Shown piece after piece: positions 60,415 through 64,000 of a DNA stretch of 64,000 bases (positions are counted from its first letter, which is position 1; every line of letters begins with the position of its first letter). The notes beneath the pieces were generated by a model, which was given only the letters and a program-made list of their open reading frames with translations, did no database searches and had not been told where the DNA came from. The stretch is taken from assembly GCA_017431005.1 (NCBI GenBank), contig JAFRLY010000008.1, forward strand, positions 3,337 through 67,336, written 5' to 3'. Both the position numbers and the translations under genes were made by a program. Source of the DNA: Clostridia bacterium (lineage in GTDB: Bacteria > Bacillota > Clostridia > Christensenellales > Aristaeellaceae).

Positions 60415-61800
60415 ATGATTCAGGACATTATTACTCCGCAGGCGAAACACTTTGCGGATAACGCGCAGACGGTGCTGCGCGGACACGAAAACCGCTCGCG
60501 GCGCGTGGTGCTGCTCAAGGGCAGCCTGGTGCAAAACGCCCGCAGCGAGAGCCGGGGCATCAGCGCCCGCGTGACCCGGAACGGGCGGTACGGCTTCTCT
60601 TCCGTCGCGTCCTATACCGAAAAGGACGCTGAAACGGTGCTGAAGGCGGCGACCGAAAACGCGCTGTTCCTGGACAGCCGGGCGGCAAAGGCGCGCGCCG
60701 GCTATCCGCCGCTGCCTGCCGGCGCCGTTCCGGCCTTCCGGCCGGTCATCGACACAGAGCAGAAGCGCCTTGTCGAAGCCTGCCAGGCGATCGACCAGTA
60801 CATCGCGGACAAGTATCCCGGCCTGCTGAGCCGGACGGTGGTTTACACGGAGGATTCCCAGGACAAGATCATCGTGACCTCCGACGCGGCCAGCGGCCAC
60901 GTCACCTATCCGCGGTGCTACATCTATGTCATGATGACTGCCGGAAGCAAGGCCGGCGCGCCGGTTGAGCTGTTCAAAGCCTTCGGCGGGGCGGGCTGCT
61001 TTGACGATCATTTCGCGGATCTGAAGGCCCTGGAGCCCGGCATTGACAAGCTGTACAGCCAGCTGATGGACAAGTGCGAAGGCGTGTACGCCGAAGCGGG
61101 CGAACAGACGGTCATCCTGGGCGGCATGATGGGCGGCATGCTCGCGCATGAAGCGGTCGGCCATACGGTCGAGGCGGATCTCGTGCTTGGCGGCAGTGTC
61201 GCCGGTCCCAATCTCCGTAAGCGTGTGGCTTCCGATCTGGTGACCCTCGTTGATTTCGCGGGAGAAGCCTTCGGCAAACCGGCGCCCCTGCCGGTTTACC
61301 TCGATGACGAGGGCACGCTCGCGAAGGATGCCGTGCTGATTCAGGACGGCATTCTGACCGGCTATATGCACAGCCGTGAATCCGCCGCGCATTTCGGCAT
61401 GGAGCCCATGGGCAACGCGCGGGCCTGGGCCTTCAACGATGAGCCGCTGATCCGCATGCGCAACACCTGCATCCTGCCCGGCACCCATCCGCTGGATGAG
61501 ATGATCGCCTCCATCGACAAGGGCTATTATCTGATTGACAGCGGCAACGGCCAGGCGGACCTGACCGGCGAATTCATGTTCGGCGTGACGCTGGGCTATG
61601 AAATCCGGAACGGAAAGCTGGGCAAAGCCCTTCTGGATACCACCGTATCCGGTATCGCGTTTGACATGCTGAAAACCGTGGATATGGTATCCGACAACGT
61701 GACCTGGTCCTCCAGCGGCTTCTGCGGCAAGAAGCAGCCGATGCCCGTCGGTATGGGCGGACCGGACATGCGCTGCCGCATCACCATCGGCGGACGCTGA
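60415..61800 (+). CDS. tldD: TldD metalloprotease
   Basis: HEAVGH..EAD, DDEG, RMRNT, CGK..Q.MPV..GGP. Confidence 0.93.
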   Translation: MIQDIITPQAKHFADNAQTVLRGHENRSRRVVLLKGSLVQNARSESRGISARVTRNGRYGFSSVASYTEKDAETVLKAATENALFLDSRAAKARAGYPPLPAGAVPAFRPVIDTEQKRLVEACQAIDQYIADKYPGLLSRTVVYTEDSQDKIIVTSDAASGHVTYPRCYIYVMMTAGSKAGAPVELFKAFGGAGCFDDHFADLKALEPGIDKLYSQLMDKCEGVYAEAGEQTVILGGMMGGMLAHEAVGHTVEADLVLGGSVAGPNLRKRVASDLVTLVDFAGEAFGKPAPLPVYLDDEGTLAKDAVLIQDGILTGYMHSRESAAHFGMEPMGNARAWAFNDEPLIRMRNTCILPGTHPLDEMIASIDKGYYLIDSGNGQADLTGEFMFGVTLGYEIRNGKLGKALLDTTVSGIAFDMLKTVDMVSDNVTWSSSGFCGKKQPMPVGMGGPDMRCRITIGGR

Positions 61801-61816
61801 GAAAGGAGGAGCTGAA

Positions 61817-63115
61817 ATGAACGATATTCTGAAAGTATCCGATCAGCTGACCGCGCTGCTGCGCGCTCAGGGCGTCGGCATCTATGAAACCTGCGTCAGC
61901 GAAAGCGAAAAGCAGGAGCTGAACACCGAAAAGGCGGACTTCAATCTGTTCCGCACCATCTTCAACTGCGGCGTATCCGTCACCGTGATTCAGGACGGCA
62001 AAAAAGGCGCGGCCTCCGGCAACGACCTGAGCGAAGCGGGCCTTGAAAAGGTCGTCGCGGACGCGATGGCGGCCATGGCCTCCGCCATTCCGGACGAAGC
62101 CAACGTCATCGCCGAAAGGGAGGAGCCGGAGGTCTTCCGGACCGGCTGCTATGAGGCGGACATGCCCCGGCTTTACGACAGCGTGAAGGCCATGATGGAC
62201 ACCATCGGGAGCGATTATCCGCGCGTGAACCTGATGACGGTCATCGCGGATCATACCAACAGCCATAAGATCTATGTCAACTCGAACGGTACCCGCTTTG
62301 AGCATTTCGACGGCGCGTACAGCGTGGGGGTTGAGATGTCCGGTTCCGACGGGGAGAAAAACACCGGCCTGGATTACGCGGGTGTTGTCACTCACGATCT
62401 CAGCACGCCCCTGCTCAGCCAGGGCAGCCTGACCCAGCACCTGAAGGATACCGAAGCCAGCCTGAACAGCGTGCCCCTGCCCGGGAAGTTTGAGGGCACC
62501 GTCATCCTGACGCCCGACTGTCTGGGGAACTTCATTTACATGCTGGCCAGCAACTATATCATGGGCTCGGTCATCATGGAGGGCACCAGCCAGTGGCTGA
62601 ACCGCCTCGGTGAGCAGGTCGCCAGCGACAAGGTGACCCTCTCCCTCAAGGCGCAGGACGACCGTCTGGCCACCGCGCAGCCCTTCACCGGCGACGGCTA
62701 CCGCTCCGAGGATGTGACCGTCATTGACAAAGGCATCCTGAACACCTTCCTGCTCAGCCTGTACGCGGCGAAGAAGACCGGCCGGCCGGTCACGAAGAAT
62801 ACAAGCTTCGCCCTGGTAATGGAACCCGGCGATACCTCCTTCGCGGACATGATCGCCTCGGTGGAAAAGGGTCTGATTGTCGGCGGCTTCTCCGGCGGCC
62901 AGCCCGGCGCCAACGGCGAGTTCTCCGGCGTGGCCAAGAACAGCTTCTATGTGGAGAACGGCAGAATTGTCGGTGCGGTCACGGAGACCATGATCAACGG
63001 CAACCTTGAGAATGTGTTCAAAAATGTCATCGCGGTTTCCAGAGAGCAGGTCTGCGACGGAAGCTCCGTTCTGCCCTGGCTGTCCTGCGGCGGCATCGTG
63101 ATCTCCGGCAAATAA
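61817..63115 (+). CDS. pmbA: TldE/PmbA partner subunit
   Basis: Follows tldD; same fold motifs (NSNG, G..VAS, GEFSG) without HExxH. Confidence 0.9.
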   Translation: MNDILKVSDQLTALLRAQGVGIYETCVSESEKQELNTEKADFNLFRTIFNCGVSVTVIQDGKKGAASGNDLSEAGLEKVVADAMAAMASAIPDEANVIAEREEPEVFRTGCYEADMPRLYDSVKAMMDTIGSDYPRVNLMTVIADHTNSHKIYVNSNGTRFEHFDGAYSVGVEMSGSDGEKNTGLDYAGVVTHDLSTPLLSQGSLTQHLKDTEASLNSVPLPGKFEGTVILTPDCLGNFIYMLASNYIMGSVIMEGTSQWLNRLGEQVASDKVTLSLKAQDDRLATAQPFTGDGYRSEDVTVIDKGILNTFLLSLYAAKKTGRPVTKNTSFALVMEPGDTSFADMIASVEKGLIVGGFSGGQPGANGEFSGVAKNSFYVENGRIVGAVTETMINGNLENVFKNVIAVSREQVCDGSSVLPWLSCGGIVISGK

Positions 63116-63184
63116 ACCGGATACGCGGAAATGCCCGGCGGAATGTGATTGTGCAGAGTTTTTCAGGAGATAATATCCGTGAAC

Positions 63185-63394
63185 ATGGAAATACTGAAGA
63201 AATCCCTTCTGCAGGGACTTCTGTCCGGTGCGGCAACATGGTTTGCCTACGGTGTGGTATACAACGCCATCGTTTACAAAGAGCCGATCGGGGAAGCCCT
63301 GTTCGGCATCGACAGTATCGTTTTCTTCATCATTGCCGTTATTGCGGAATCCTTCTTTTATTTCCTGAGCAACAGGAAGAAAAGCAGGCAGTAA
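63185..63394 (+). CDS. Small two-TM membrane protein
   Basis: 69-aa hydrophobic ORF with basic tail, AGGAG upstream. Confidence 0.6.
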   Translation: MEILKKSLLQGLLSGAATWFAYGVVYNAIVYKEPIGEALFGIDSIVFFIIAVIAESFFYFLSNRKKSRQ

Positions 63395-63409
63395 TCCCCG
63401 GACAAACAG

Positions 63410-63463
63410 GAGGGACGGTTCTGACTGACTCTGTTCATGAGTCACCGGAACCGTCCCTCTTTT
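63410..63463. terminator. Terminator between convergent genes
   Basis: GAGGGACGGTTC...GAACCGTCCCTC-TTTT. Confidence 0.75.
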
Positions 63464-63485
63464 GCTGTGATTCTTTTATCCGGTA

Positions 63486-64000
63486 TCAGAACGGGAACAG
63501 CTTCTTATAGTCCACGCCCTCATGGCTCGCGCCGTATTCGCAGGCCTCGTATGCCTCGCAGTACTGCACGCGGGCGGCATGCTCCGCGCCGTAGCGCTCG
63601 GCCAGCTTTTCGCGCATGGCGTCCGTCACCGCGCAGCGGGGCAGATACATGTCGCGTATCAGCTGCATGCGGCCCTCCTGATCAGTGGGCACAGACGCGG
63701 GATCCGCGCCGTCCACCCACTGCAGCCAGTCGAATACCTGGCTCTCATGCTGGGCATAAGCCAGAAGCCGCTGCTCGCTCACGTCGTCAATGTCAATGAC
63801 CACGTCCGGCGTGAAGGCGTTCGGCTTCCGGAAGCTGTCCCGCATATAGAAGATCAGCGGAAGCTTCTCCATCACGGGGACCGTCGGCAGGAAATTCGGC
63901 ACGCGCAGTAGGTAGGAGCAGTCCTGCACAAGCAGGCCTGTGTTGCGGTGGTCGGGATGGTAATCCCACGGCCGGTGCGTGATGATGATATCCGGCGCGA
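63486..64000 (-). CDS. PIG-L/LmbE-family deacetylase, 5' end beyond window
   Basis: APDIIITHRPWDYHPDHRNTG, HESQ, CEAY motifs. Confidence 0.88.
   Translation of the reverse strand, partial: APDIIITHRPWDYHPDHRNTGLLVQDCSYLLRVPNFLPTVPVMEKLPLIFYMRDSFRKPNAFTPDVVIDIDDVSEQRLLAYAQHESQVFDWLQWVDGADPASVPTDQEGRMQLIRDMYLPRCAVTDAMREKLAERYGAEHAARVQYCEAYEACEYGASHEGVDYKKLFPF

Noticed and set aside
60091-63115. RiPP cluster (small ORF as precursor for TldD/E)
   Set aside because: The small ORF is an acidic coiled coil without a Cys/Ser/Gly-rich core; no YcaO, radical SAM or exporter genes.

Overview
Gene-dense, GC-rich chromosomal segment. Gene content and sigma-A/Shine-Dalgarno signals point to a fibre-degrading anaerobic Bacillota (Clostridia, possibly a rumen or gut lineage); this is inference. 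In order: (1) a sugar ABC importer with a membrane-anchored AraC regulator and a divergent GH2 beta-galactosidase; (2) a repair/housekeeping block (sbcD, sbcC, G1P dehydrogenase, STAS plus RsbW-like pair, class II uvrA, 2-hydroxyacid dehydrogenase, dinB); (3) two tandem paralogous AraC-associated ABC import cassettes (19.7-39.1 kb) carrying only ester/amide hydrolases and no glycosidase. One cassette includes a catalytically dead esterase paralogue; the other is headed by a protein resembling phage DGR-target (Mtd/FGE-type C-type lectin fold) proteins, with no reverse transcriptase or template repeat in the window; (4) a GH8 exo-oligoxylanase under an AraR-like operator; (5) nrfA-resB-ccsA without nrfH, and nearby a secreted tandem-repeat protein with two ApbE-type flavinylation motifs, ArsR, a nitroreductase and a feo operon with DtxR-type boxes; (6) a trypsin-like protease, ADP-ribosylglycohydrolase, GH43, tldD/pmbA and a PIG-L deacetylase. 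No rRNA, tRNA, CRISPR array, transposase or integrase was seen. All family assignments come from motif recognition by eye, not from database searches.
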